The position numbers and the translations under genes are program-made. From sequence record SRR22947727_1968: a stretch of DNA of 64,000 bases, one strand, 5' to 3'. Below, piece by piece: positions 48,585 to 58,340 of the stretch (the first letter of the stretch is position 1; every line of letters starts with the position of its first letter). The notes under the pieces were generated by a model that was given only the letters and a program-made list of their open reading frames with translations, was not told the DNA's origin and ran no database searches.

Positions 48585-49949
48585 TTACTCACGTAATTTT
48601 TCTGATATATGGGACAGGCTGGCGGCATAATAGGGGAGCACAAATTTGCCCTTCTCAGTAATGACATAACGCCCCCCATCCTGCACAATCAGCTTGCGCT
48701 GCATCAAATTTAAAACGCCCGCTTCCGCCGCCTCGGCCCAGGCCTCTGGAGTGGCTTGCAAATACTCCGGCTCAACTGCCTGCATGACCTCCGCAAATGC
48801 AGCAGTAAGCTCCAGCGCCCGCAGTGGCGCTTTATGAATTAATATCAATGAGATTAGAGGAACAGGCAGGACAGGAATGCCGGCCTCCACCTGGGCCATG
48901 ATCTCGCGCGCCAGAACAGGAGAAGAGATCCCGCCCGTCTGTTTGTGAAACGCCGACAGGCTCACCGGCGCACCAAAATGAACAGCCGCATAACCAAAGC
49001 GCCGATAGCGGCCCGTCAACCACAACCAAAAATGCTTTGCCAAAAAACGCGCGATCACGGAAATATTGGCACCAAACCGCCTTTCTCCGCGCTTGCCAGC
49101 AGCGAGAAGAATGTAATCCTCCAAGACCCTATCGTAATTGATCGAGACTGGCACGAATATGACATCTCGGGCCTTTGGTTCCCACCCAGCGATGACATAA
49201 TTCAGAAACCCCATCCGCGGCGGTGCCAAACGCCCATCCAAGGACAGGCCACCCTCTGGAAACACCGCTTGGGTCACGCCGCCCTGCGTCGCCATCTGGA
49301 CATAGCGGGCCAGAACCCGCCGATAAAGCAACCCACGCGATTTGCGGCGAATAAAAAACGCACCCATCGCGCGAATGAGTAGGCTAATCGGCCAGATCCG
49401 TGCCCATTCGCCCACCGCATAAGACAATGCAGAGCGTTTGGAGGCCAGATAAGTCACCAGAACATAATCCATATTTGAGCGATGGTTCATGACAAACACC
49501 ACAGTTGCCGTGGGATCCAAGCCGCTCAAAACATCCTCAAAACGGCCAATGCGCACCCTATAGAGCGTCTCGCTGAGAAAGCGGGCAATGGTGCTGGCGA
49601 CGGTGAAATAGACCGTCGCACTGAAGGACGGCACGATCTCCCGCGCGTATTTCTGCGCCTCTTGAAAAGCGACATTTTCAGGGATGCCCTCCTTGCGGGC
49701 GTGATCATTGACCGCCTGCATCACATCGGGATGATAGAGCAATCTTTGAATCATATCATGGCGCCGGGCCAATTTGAACGGTTCAATCGGACGGTCCAGC
49801 CGCGCGTTTAATTGGCTGACCACCCGCTCCATTCTGCGCCGGAAAAACCACCGTACAGAGGGGATCAAAGCACGCTCCAAAGCGGCAATCGCAGCGAAAA
49901 TCGCCGCGATCACTACAAACCACATCGGAAGCTCAATTGTCTCAAACAT
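48585..49949 (-). CDS. Glycerol-3-phosphate acyltransferase family protein (PlsB/PlsC-like)
   Basis: NHRSNMD (HX4D) and FPEGG motifs. Confidence 0.85.
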   Translation of the reverse strand: MFETIELPMWFVVIAAIFAAIAALERALIPSVRWFFRRRMERVVSQLNARLDRPIEPFKLARRHDMIQRLLYHPDVMQAVNDHARKEGIPENVAFQEAQKYAREIVPSFSATVYFTVASTIARFLSETLYRVRIGRFEDVLSGLDPTATVVFVMNHRSNMDYVLVTYLASKRSALSYAVGEWARIWPISLLIRAMGAFFIRRKSRGLLYRRVLARYVQMATQGGVTQAVFPEGGLSLDGRLAPPRMGFLNYVIAGWEPKARDVIFVPVSINYDRVLEDYILLAAGKRGERRFGANISVIARFLAKHFWLWLTGRYRRFGYAAVHFGAPVSLSAFHKQTGGISSPVLAREIMAQVEAGIPVLPVPLISLILIHKAPLRALELTAAFAEVMQAVEPEYLQATPEAWAEAAEAGVLNLMQRKLIVQDGGRYVITEKGKFVLPYYAASLSHISEKLRE

Positions 49950-50088
49950 CCGGCCAATCTGCCTGAAATGGCAGATATGCGCCAGATGGCAAAATTGCCG
50001 CGTTGCAGCGAATTGACAGGGTGGGATTATTCCGCCATTAAGTGCTAATGCGCAATTATATTTCGCACACAAGAAAGAGAGGCCCGTT

Positions 50089-52062
50089 ATGACCCAAGTG
50101 CAAAAAGATCGTCCCTGGTTGTTTCGAACATATGCAGGCCATTCTACGGCCGAGGCTTCTAATGCGCTCTATCGCTCCAATCTCGCCAAAGGGCAAACGG
50201 GCCTGTCCGTGGCCTTTGATCTGCCGACACAAACGGGCTATGACAGCGATCATATTTTGGCGCGCGGGGAAGTGGGCAAAGTGGGCGTCCCCGTCAGCCA
50301 TTTGGGGGATATGCGCACGCTCTTTGCCGACATCCCCCTCGATCAGATGAACACCTCAATGACCATCAATGCCACAGCGCCTTGGCTGCTGGCGCTCTAT
50401 ATCGCCGCAGCCGAGGAGCAAGGCGCCGATATCAGCGCGCTGCAAGGTACGGTGCAAAACGACATAATTAAGGAATATTTGAGCCGAGGCACCTATATTT
50501 GCCCGCCCAAGCCCTCCTTGCGGATGATCACCGACATCGCCGCCTACACGCGCGCACATCTGCCCAAATGGAACCCGATGAACGTCTGCTCATACCATCT
50601 GCAAGAGGCCGGCGCGACACCCGAGCAAGAACTGGCCTTTGCCCTCGCCACTGCGACTGCGGTTTTGGATGACCTCAAAGGCAAGGTACCCGAAGAACAT
50701 TTTGGCCAAATGGTTGGGCGGATCAGCTTTTTCGTGAACGCCGGCATTCGTTTTGTCACTGAAATGTGCAAAATGCGGGCTTTTGTTGATCTTTGGGACG
50801 AGATCTGCCGCGACCGCTACGGGGTGAGTGATCCTAAGATGCGGCGTTTCCGCTATGGCGTGCAGGTCAATTCTTTGGGTCTGACCGAACAACAACCCGA
50901 AAACAACGTCTATCGCATCTTGATTGAAATGCTGGCGGTCACCCTGTCCAAAAAAGCCCGCGCCCGGGCTGTGCAATTGCCCGCTTGGAATGAGGCCTTA
51001 GGTCTGCCGCGCCCTTGGGATCAGCAATGGTCTCTACGGATGCAACAAATTATGGCCTTTGAAACCGATCTTTTGGAATATGAGGATCTGTTTGACGAAA
51101 ACCCCGCCGTTGAGCGCAAAGTTGCCTCCCTCAAGGACGGCGCACGGGCCGAGCTGGCGTTGATCGATTCCATGGGCGGCGCCGTCGAGGCGATCGAATA
51201 TATGAAGTCGCGTTTGGTCGAGTCCAATGCGGCCCGCATTGGTCAGATTGAGAGCGGGGATATGACTGTGGTCGGGGTCAACGCTTATCAAAGCGGCGAA
51301 GCCAGCCCGCTCACCGCAGGCGACGATGCGATCATGACAGTGGACCCCAAGAACGAAGCCGAGCAAATCGCGCGGCTCACCCGCTGGCGCGCGGCACGAG
51401 ATGCGCAGGCGGTGAACGAGGCCCTTCGGGATCTGCGCGCCGCCGCCCTCGATGGCAGCAATATTATGCCGCCCTCTATTGCCGCCGCAAAAGCCGGGGT
51501 AACCACGGGCGAATGGGGCGATGTGCTGCGCCAAGCCTTCGGTCAATATAGAGGCCCCACAGGCGTCAGCGCCACCCCGTCCAATCGTACCGAAGGTTTA
51601 GATGAGATTCGCGATCAAGTCGCAGCAGTCAGTGATCGGCTGGGACGCAAGCTGACTTTTTTGATGGGAAAACCGGGTCTGGATGGGCATTCCAACGGAG
51701 CCGAACAAATCGCCACCCGTGCGCGTGATTGCGGGATGGAGATTTCTTATGAAGGCATCCGCCTCACGCCGGACGAAATCATCACAGCCGCGCGCGATGG
51801 CGCGGTGCATGTGATCGGCCTGTCTATTCTCTCAGGCTCACATATGCCCCTGATGCAAGAGTTGATGTCCAAGCTGCGCGCGGCCGAGCTGACCCATATT
51901 CCGGTGATCGTCGGCGGGATTATTCCCGATGAGGATGCACAGAAGTTGCGGGCCATGGGAATAGCGCGCATCTATACGCCAAAGGACTTTGAGCTCAACC
52001 GGATAATGTTCGATATCGTCGCCCTTGCCGATCCCGGTCCAGGCAATATTGCGGCGCAATAG
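50089..52062 (+). CDS. ecm: Ethylmalonyl-CoA mutase (MeaA/Ecm)
   Basis: RTYAGHS, B12-binding DGHSNG and proximity to ccr. Confidence 0.93.
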   Translation: MTQVQKDRPWLFRTYAGHSTAEASNALYRSNLAKGQTGLSVAFDLPTQTGYDSDHILARGEVGKVGVPVSHLGDMRTLFADIPLDQMNTSMTINATAPWLLALYIAAAEEQGADISALQGTVQNDIIKEYLSRGTYICPPKPSLRMITDIAAYTRAHLPKWNPMNVCSYHLQEAGATPEQELAFALATATAVLDDLKGKVPEEHFGQMVGRISFFVNAGIRFVTEMCKMRAFVDLWDEICRDRYGVSDPKMRRFRYGVQVNSLGLTEQQPENNVYRILIEMLAVTLSKKARARAVQLPAWNEALGLPRPWDQQWSLRMQQIMAFETDLLEYEDLFDENPAVERKVASLKDGARAELALIDSMGGAVEAIEYMKSRLVESNAARIGQIESGDMTVVGVNAYQSGEASPLTAGDDAIMTVDPKNEAEQIARLTRWRAARDAQAVNEALRDLRAAALDGSNIMPPSIAAAKAGVTTGEWGDVLRQAFGQYRGPTGVSATPSNRTEGLDEIRDQVAAVSDRLGRKLTFLMGKPGLDGHSNGAEQIATRARDCGMEISYEGIRLTPDEIITAARDGAVHVIGLSILSGSHMPLMQELMSKLRAAELTHIPVIVGGIIPDEDAQKLRAMGIARIYTPKDFELNRIMFDIVALADPGPGNIAAQ

Positions 52063-52069
52063 CAAGGCG

Positions 52070-54259
52070 TTAGTAAAAACTCTGCGGATCAATATCAATC
52101 GACAAGCGGAGGGCATTTGGCAGCTTGAATAGGGCTATCCAAGCGGTCAAAGCCGCTTGAATAGGGGCGTTTTTTTCTGCCTTAATTAAGAGCCGTACCC
52201 TATGGCGCCCACGGATGCGGGCAATTGGCGCTGGGGCCGGTCCGAAAATCTGTGCACCGATCTGTGTCAAAGGCTGACAATTGCGCGCCATGGCCTGACC
52301 AACCTCAAAGGCCTCCTGCGCATCGGGTGAGGATAATACAACCCCAACCAAGCGGCCATAGGGTGGCACGCCGGCTTGTGCGCGGGCTTGCGCTTCGGCG
52401 CTCCAAAAGGCCTCTTCATCCCCATCCAGAATTGCGCGGATGACCGGGTGCTCTGGCTGATGGGTTTGCAGGGCCGCCACCCCCGGCTTGTCGGACCGTC
52501 CAGCGCGACCGGCCACTTGACGCATCAGCTGGAAGGTTCGTTCTGCGGCGCGCAGGTCCGAACCTTGAAGCCCTAAATCTGCGTCAATCACCCCAACCAA
52601 GGTTAACTTTGGGAAGTTATGCCCTTTGGCGACCAGCTGCGTGCCAATGATCACATCCACCTCCCCGGCGGCAAGTTTGGCGATTTGCTCTTTCAATGCG
52701 CGCGCTGAGCCAAATAAATCAGAGGAGAGAACCGCGACTTTCGCCTCGGGGAAAAGCGCTGTGGCCTCCTCGGCCAATCGCTCCACACCGGGCCCCACCA
52801 CAGCCAAACGGTCTTCTGCCGCACAACTGGGACAAATTTTTGGTACTGGTTTGCTTTCGCCACATTGGTGACACATTAGGCGCTTGAGAAAGCGATGCTC
52901 GACCATCCGCGCATCGCAATGATCGCAACCCACTTGATTGCCACAAGCCCGGCAGAGCGTGATGGGCGCATAACCGCGGCGATTGATAAAGAGCAAGGAT
53001 TGCTCCCCTGCCTGAATGCGTGCCTCAACCATCTTTTGCAGGCGGGGGGATATCCAACGATCTGCAGGCAGCGTTTCTTGCCGCATATCAATCGCCATCA
53101 TCTCGGGCAAAACTGACGCTCCAAAGCGGCTTTTCAGTTCAATTTTCGTATATTTTCCGGCCTCGACATTGGCCCAACTTTCGAGACTGGGCGTGGCGCT
53201 GGCCAGCACCACCTGCCCGCCAACCAAAGACGCGCGCAGCACGGCCATGTCCCGCGCATTATACAGCACGCCGTCCTCTTGCTTGTAGCTGCTGTCGTGT
53301 TCCTCATCGACAACGATCAGCCCCAAATCTTGAAAGGGTAGAAACAAAGCCGACCGGGCCCCCACGACCATTTGCGCATGACCTTGCCCCACCATTTTCC
53401 AAGTGCGGCGCCGCTCTGTCATGGTCACACCCGAATGCCATTCCGCCGGGCGTGCGCCAAAGCGGGCCTCAACCCGGGTCAAAAATTCTGCTGTCAAAGC
53501 GATTTCAGGCAACAAGACCAAGGCCTGTCGCCCCTCGTTGAGGCAGCTTGCCACCGCCTCCAAATAGACCTCCGTTTTGCCCGATCCAGTGACACCTTTC
53601 AAAAGCGTCGTGCGATAGCCCGCGGAATTTGCCTGCAATTGCGCAACCGCTGCGGCCTGATCTTCTGACAGGCTCTTGCCGGGCAGGCTTGGGTTTAAAT
53701 GCGCAAAGGGCATATCTTGCGGCGTGGCCAGCTCCTCCACCGCCCCCAGTTTCACCAGGCCTTTAACCACCGATGAGGTGACGCCTGCCGCATCGGACAA
53801 TTCCTTGAGTGTGAAACTCAGCTCAGCAAATTCTTCCAAAACCGCGAGCACTTTTTGCCGCGCATCGGTCATACGGGCCTCGGTCTGTGCACCCAAACAG
53901 TAAACCTGCCGCATCGAGGGCGGATCTCCCAAGCCCGGCGCGCGCGTGGCCAGGCGCAGCATTTTCGACATAGGTGTGAGCGTATACTCCGAGACCCGAC
54001 GCAAGAATTCTGCCATACTCTGTTGCATGGGCGCCACATCAAGCACGCGGATCACCGAGCGGATCTTGGCGTGTTCATAATCCCCCGCGCCGGCCCGCCA
54101 GACGACACCCAAGACCTTGCGCGGTCCCAAGGGCACCTCAACAAAGGCCCCCTGCCAGCATCCCCCTTCAGGCGCCTTATAATCCAGCACCCGATCCAGC
54201 GGTTGGCTGGTTAAGACGGCAACCAAATCACCTTGATGAAAGAATTGAGGCTCTGACAC
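52070..54259 (-). CDS. priA: Primosomal protein N'
   Basis: [12 protein letters not shown] and four CxxC motifs. Confidence 0.96.
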   Translation of the reverse strand: MSEPQFFHQGDLVAVLTSQPLDRVLDYKAPEGGCWQGAFVEVPLGPRKVLGVVWRAGAGDYEHAKIRSVIRVLDVAPMQQSMAEFLRRVSEYTLTPMSKMLRLATRAPGLGDPPSMRQVYCLGAQTEARMTDARQKVLAVLEEFAELSFTLKELSDAAGVTSSVVKGLVKLGAVEELATPQDMPFAHLNPSLPGKSLSEDQAAAVAQLQANSAGYRTTLLKGVTGSGKTEVYLEAVASCLNEGRQALVLLPEIALTAEFLTRVEARFGARPAEWHSGVTMTERRRTWKMVGQGHAQMVVGARSALFLPFQDLGLIVVDEEHDSSYKQEDGVLYNARDMAVLRASLVGGQVVLASATPSLESWANVEAGKYTKIELKSRFGASVLPEMMAIDMRQETLPADRWISPRLQKMVEARIQAGEQSLLFINRRGYAPITLCRACGNQVGCDHCDARMVEHRFLKRLMCHQCGESKPVPKICPSCAAEDRLAVVGPGVERLAEEATALFPEAKVAVLSSDLFGSARALKEQIAKLAAGEVDVIIGTQLVAKGHNFPKLTLVGVIDADLGLQGSDLRAAERTFQLMRQVAGRAGRSDKPGVAALQTHQPEHPVIRAILDGDEEAFWSAEAQARAQAGVPPYGRLVGVVLSSPDAQEAFEVGQAMARNCQPLTQIGAQIFGPAPAPIARIRGRHRVRLLIKAEKNAPIQAALTAWIALFKLPNALRLSIDIDPQSFY

Positions 54260-54348
54260 AGCATTTCCTTAACAGCAGGGCTTTCAGTACCCTAAAAACT
54301 CCGATAAAGCTTGCCCCAACGAAGGCCAACCTATCAAGGACATACGCC

Positions 54349-55002
54349 ATGAAATTTTTTGTTGATACTGCTGAAATAGACGCAATTGCCGAATTGAACG
54401 ATTTGGGCATGGTCGACGGGGTGACGACCAACCCCTCTTTGATCTTGAAATCTGGCCGTGATATCATTGAAGTTACACGCGAAATTTGCGAATTGGTCTC
54501 CGGTCCGGTTAGCGCAGAAGTGGTTGCGACCAAAGCGGAAGATATGATCGCCGAAGGGCGTAAGCTGGCGGAAATTGCGCCGAACATCACCGTCAAACTG
54601 CCGCTGACTTGGGACGGGCTCAAAGCCTGTAAGACCTTGTCGGGTGAAGGCAAAATGGTGAATGTCACCCTCTGCTTCAGCGCCAACCAAGCACTTTTGG
54701 CCGCCAAGGCTGGAGCCACCTTCATCAGCCCCTTCATTGGCCGCCTGGATGATGTGAACATCGACGGCATGGATTTAATCGCAGATATCCGCCAAATTTA
54801 TGACAACTTTGGTTTCGATACACAAATTTTGGCCGCTTCTATCCGCACAGTGAACCATGTCACGCAATCGGCCTTGATTGGGGCAGATGTGATCACAGCG
54901 CCGCCAAATGTGATCAAATCCCTGGCCAATCACCCTTTGACCGACAAGGGTTTGGAGCAATTTATGTCAGATTGGGCAAAAACAGGGCAGAAAATTCTCT
55001 AA
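54349..55002 (+). CDS. fsa: Fructose-6-phosphate aldolase/transaldolase
   Basis: DGVTTNPSL and SPFIGRLDD motifs. Confidence 0.92.
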   Translation: MKFFVDTAEIDAIAELNDLGMVDGVTTNPSLILKSGRDIIEVTREICELVSGPVSAEVVATKAEDMIAEGRKLAEIAPNITVKLPLTWDGLKACKTLSGEGKMVNVTLCFSANQALLAAKAGATFISPFIGRLDDVNIDGMDLIADIRQIYDNFGFDTQILAASIRTVNHVTQSALIGADVITAPPNVIKSLANHPLTDKGLEQFMSDWAKTGQKIL

Positions 55003-55063
55003 CCTATGGTAAGCCTGTCTCCATGCAATGGGGACCGCCATCGCATAAGTGAATGGGACAGCC

Positions 55064-55768
55064 ATGACACCGCAAACCGCAGCGCAGGCCGAAGAAATCT
55101 TGCGCGATATCATCACCCAGAATCCACGGATCGTTCTAGACGCCCCGGAGGTGATGCGCGCATTACTGACGGCCCATGATGAGACTTTGGGTCAAAATAT
55201 TGTGGACTTGCGCAGCGTGGCCATGCACCGGCTTGAAGCGCAATTGGGCCGGCTGGAAGAAACCAACCGCTCCGTTATTGCGGCCGCTTACGACAACCTC
55301 GCCGGCACGCAGCAAATCCATCGCGCCTTGCTGAAAATCATGGAGCCGACCGATTTTGGCGGGTTCTTGACCATGATTGGCGCAGAGATGGTCGATATTT
55401 TGCGGATCGACTATGCCTGTTTGATTCTGGAAACGCAGACTCAAAGTCCCGATCCCAACCTCGCGCCGCTTGGCCCTGTTGTGAAACCGGCCCCGATCGG
55501 CTTTGTCTCCCATTACCTGTCCCAAAACTTAGAGGCCAAGGTGACCCTGCGCACGGTCACAAAGCCGGATGTTTTTGTCTACCCTGAAGCCACTGGGCCT
55601 GTGGGGTCTGAGGCTTGTTTGCAGCTGGATTTTGGCGCCGGCACCCTGCCCGGACTTTTGGTCCTTGGCGCCAAGGATGCCGAGCAATTTTCCCCCGCCC
55701 AGGGAACAGATTTGTTGACATTCTTTGCAACAATCTTTGAACGCGCCCTGCGCCGGTGGCTGACATAG
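55064..55768 (+). CDS. DUF484 family protein
   Basis: NIVDLR and QGTDLL.FF motifs; typical position before xerC. Confidence 0.8.
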   Translation: MTPQTAAQAEEILRDIITQNPRIVLDAPEVMRALLTAHDETLGQNIVDLRSVAMHRLEAQLGRLEETNRSVIAAAYDNLAGTQQIHRALLKIMEPTDFGGFLTMIGAEMVDILRIDYACLILETQTQSPDPNLAPLGPVVKPAPIGFVSHYLSQNLEAKVTLRTVTKPDVFVYPEATGPVGSEACLQLDFGAGTLPGLLVLGAKDAEQFSPAQGTDLLTFFATIFERALRRWLT

Positions 55769-55774
55769 GGGGCG

Positions 55775-56716
55775 ATGATGTCACAGAGGCCTGACCTCAC
55801 CTTGATATCACCGGCTATTCGCGATGCCATGGAGCATTGGCTGTCTCACGAGCGCGCTTTAAAATCTGCGGCTGACAATACCCTTAGCGCCTACGCAACC
55901 GACGTGGCTGGATTTACCGCCTTCATGGCCCAACATCGCGGCGGACGGCAGGGGTTGTCGTCTCTGGCCGCCATCGCCACACGCGATATGCGCGCGTGGA
56001 TGGCACATGAGCGCGGCCGCGGAGTGAGCAGCCGCAGTTTAGCGCGATCTCTCTCTGCGGTGAAAACCTTCTTTCGTTGGCTCGCCGAGCGCCATGCGCT
56101 TGCGCCAACCGCCGTTTTATCGGCACGCGCGCCAAAATTCGAACGCAAACTGCCCCGTCCTTTGACCGAAGATGCCGCTCATGAAATGATTGGAACCGTC
56201 GAGATGCAGGCCCAAGAGGATTGGATCGCCGCTCGCGATGCGGCAGTATTAACCCTGCTCTATGGTTGCGGCCTGCGGATATCGGAGGCCCTCGGATTAA
56301 CCGGGGCAGATCACCCATTGCCCGATGTCCTGCGCATCACCGGAAAAGGCGGCAAGCAAAGATTGGTGCCGGTCCTGCCGGTGGCCCGCACCGCTGTCAC
56401 GCGGTATGTGGAGCTCTGCCCCTTTCACATCAGAGCAAAGGATCCGATCTTTCGAGGAAAGCGCGGCGGGGCATTGGGGCCAGGAATGGTTCAAAAATCC
56501 ATGCGCATGGCTCGGATGCAATTGGGTCTGCCGGCAAGTGCCACCCCCCACGCCATGCGCCACTCCTTTGCCACACATCTGCTCAGCGCCGGCGGTGACC
56601 TGCGCACCATCCAAGAGCTGCTGGGCCATGCTTCGCTCTCGACCACGCAAACCTATACCGCGGTTGACAGCGGGCGATTGATGGACATTTACAACGCCGC
56701 CCACCCCAAAGCTTGA
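55775..56716 (+). CDS. xerC: Tyrosine recombinase XerC
   Basis: LYGCGLRISE, HAMRHSFATH and LLGH...TQTY motifs; DUF484 context. Confidence 0.92.
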   Translation: MMSQRPDLTLISPAIRDAMEHWLSHERALKSAADNTLSAYATDVAGFTAFMAQHRGGRQGLSSLAAIATRDMRAWMAHERGRGVSSRSLARSLSAVKTFFRWLAERHALAPTAVLSARAPKFERKLPRPLTEDAAHEMIGTVEMQAQEDWIAARDAAVLTLLYGCGLRISEALGLTGADHPLPDVLRITGKGGKQRLVPVLPVARTAVTRYVELCPFHIRAKDPIFRGKRGGALGPGMVQKSMRMARMQLGLPASATPHAMRHSFATHLLSAGGDLRTIQELLGHASLSTTQTYTAVDSGRLMDIYNAAHPKA

Positions 56717-56751
56717 TTGCCACCGGCTGAGAATTGCGCCTATATGGGAGC

Positions 56752-57441
56752 ATGGATATTCGATTAAAAGCCTTGGCAGTTCACTTTCTGACTGCAACCG
56801 GAGCTGTTTTTGCCATGTTGGCAATGCTGGAAGCGGTCAATGAAAAATGGGACATGATGTTTGTCTGGCTTGTGGTGGCGTTTTTCGTCGATGGAATCGA
56901 TGGTCCCTTAGCCCGTCGCTATGATGTCAAAACCAATGCCCCACTCTTCGATGGGGTGCTGCTCGATTTAATCATCGATTACCTCACCTATGTGTTCATT
57001 CCTGCCTATGCCCTCTTTGCCAGCGGCTTGCTGGCTGGGTGGTCGGGATGGGTGGCGATCATTGTCATCACTTTCGCCAGCGCGATGTATTTCGCAGATC
57101 AGCGTATGAAGACAAAAGACAATTCCTTTCAGGGCTTTCCAGGCGCTTGGAATATGGCGGTGATTGTCATCTTTGCCACCGAACCCAACCATTGGGTCAT
57201 TCTTGCGGCGGTGGCGCTCCTGGCCATTTCAATGTTCCTGCCACTCAAATTTGTCCACCCCGTGCGCACGGAGCGCTGGCGCCCTCTGACCCTGCCCATT
57301 GCTTTGACCTGGGTGGGCTTCGCCGCTTGGGCCGCTTGGGGCAATTTCACCGAGGTTTATTTGGCCAATCTCGGCTTGGTGGCCTGTTCGGCCTATCTTC
57401 TCTTTGCCGGCATTGCTCAGCAAATGAGTGCGAAATCCTAG
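56752..57441 (+). CDS. pcs: Phosphatidylcholine synthase (CDP-alcohol phosphotransferase)
   Basis: VH.LTATG and DGIDGPLAR...DG..LD...D motifs. Confidence 0.88.
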   Translation: MDIRLKALAVHFLTATGAVFAMLAMLEAVNEKWDMMFVWLVVAFFVDGIDGPLARRYDVKTNAPLFDGVLLDLIIDYLTYVFIPAYALFASGLLAGWSGWVAIIVITFASAMYFADQRMKTKDNSFQGFPGAWNMAVIVIFATEPNHWVILAAVALLAISMFLPLKFVHPVRTERWRPLTLPIALTWVGFAAWAAWGNFTEVYLANLGLVACSAYLLFAGIAQQMSAKS

Positions 57442-58274
57442 AATCGGGTAAGAATTACCCCCGCAACGATCACCAGACCGGCCAAAATTTTGGTCGGCCC
57501 CATTGTGTCGCGAAAGAACAACCAACCCAACAGCATCGCGAATAGGATGGAGCTTTCACGCAAAGCGGTGACCAGGGCAATTGGCGCTTTCGTCATCGCC
57601 CAAACCACAAGCGCGTAAGCGATAAAAGAAGCAAACCCGGCCAAAAGCCCAAGGGCAATCTGCCCACCGCCGCGCGGAAGAACCGAACGACCGCGTAATG
57701 CCAATATTACAGGGGTGTAAAACACCGCAGAGAGAACCAGCAACCACGAGACATAGGCCAGCGCATCCCCCATCACCCGCGCGCCCATCCCATCCACCAG
57801 CGAATAGCCCGCCGTCGCGGCCGCAGACCCAAGCGCCAGCGGAATGAGCCTGCGATCCTCACCCGAGCTGAACACCCCATGCGCCATCAGGACAATCCCC
57901 AGTCCCAAAACCAATATCCCCAGCAGATCCAACCCGCGCAGCGAGTCAATGCCGAATGACAGGCTCACGATCAGAACGATCATCGGCGCAGCCCCCCGGG
58001 CAATGGGGTAGACCCGGCTTAAATCGCCACGCTCGTAGGCAAGGCCTAAAAACAGTTGGTAAAACATATGAATAAGGCCCGAGGCGATGAGCCAGAGCCA
58101 AGCCGTGCCCTGCGGCAGCGAAACAAAGGGGAGAATGCAAAGCCCAAAGAAGGCATGAGCCAAAGTCAAAAGCAGCATGCCCGATTGCTTGTTTTGTCCA
58201 GTTTTGACCAAAGCATTCCAGCCGGCATGCAGCAGCGCGGCAAACACCACCGAGCTGAACACCAGCCCAGTCAC
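57438..58274 (-). CDS. EamA/DMT transporter
   Basis: LHAGWN, VYPIARG and ALRESS motifs. Confidence 0.88.
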   Translation of the reverse strand: MTGLVFSSVVFAALLHAGWNALVKTGQNKQSGMLLLTLAHAFFGLCILPFVSLPQGTAWLWLIASGLIHMFYQLFLGLAYERGDLSRVYPIARGAAPMIVLIVSLSFGIDSLRGLDLLGILVLGLGIVLMAHGVFSSGEDRRLIPLALGSAAATAGYSLVDGMGARVMGDALAYVSWLLVLSAVFYTPVILALRGRSVLPRGGGQIALGLLAGFASFIAYALVVWAMTKAPIALVTALRESSILFAMLLGWLFFRDTMGPTKILAGLVIVAGVILTRF

Positions 58275-58298
58275 AGCCCCCTCACAAAATAAAGGGAA

Positions 58299-58321
58299 GC
58301 GGGGCGCAGAGGGCGCCCCGC
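58299..58321 (-). terminator. Terminator after ileS
   Basis: 9-bp GC stem GCGGGGCGC/GCGCCCCGC followed by TTCCCTTTATTTT on the minus strand. Confidence 0.65.
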
Positions 58322-58340
58322 CGCAAAATCACAGCTCGCC

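Noticed and set aside
55775-56716. Tyrosine recombinase as a mobile-element integrase
   Set aside because: Conserved priA-fsa-DUF484-xerC housekeeping context; no att sites or cargo seen.
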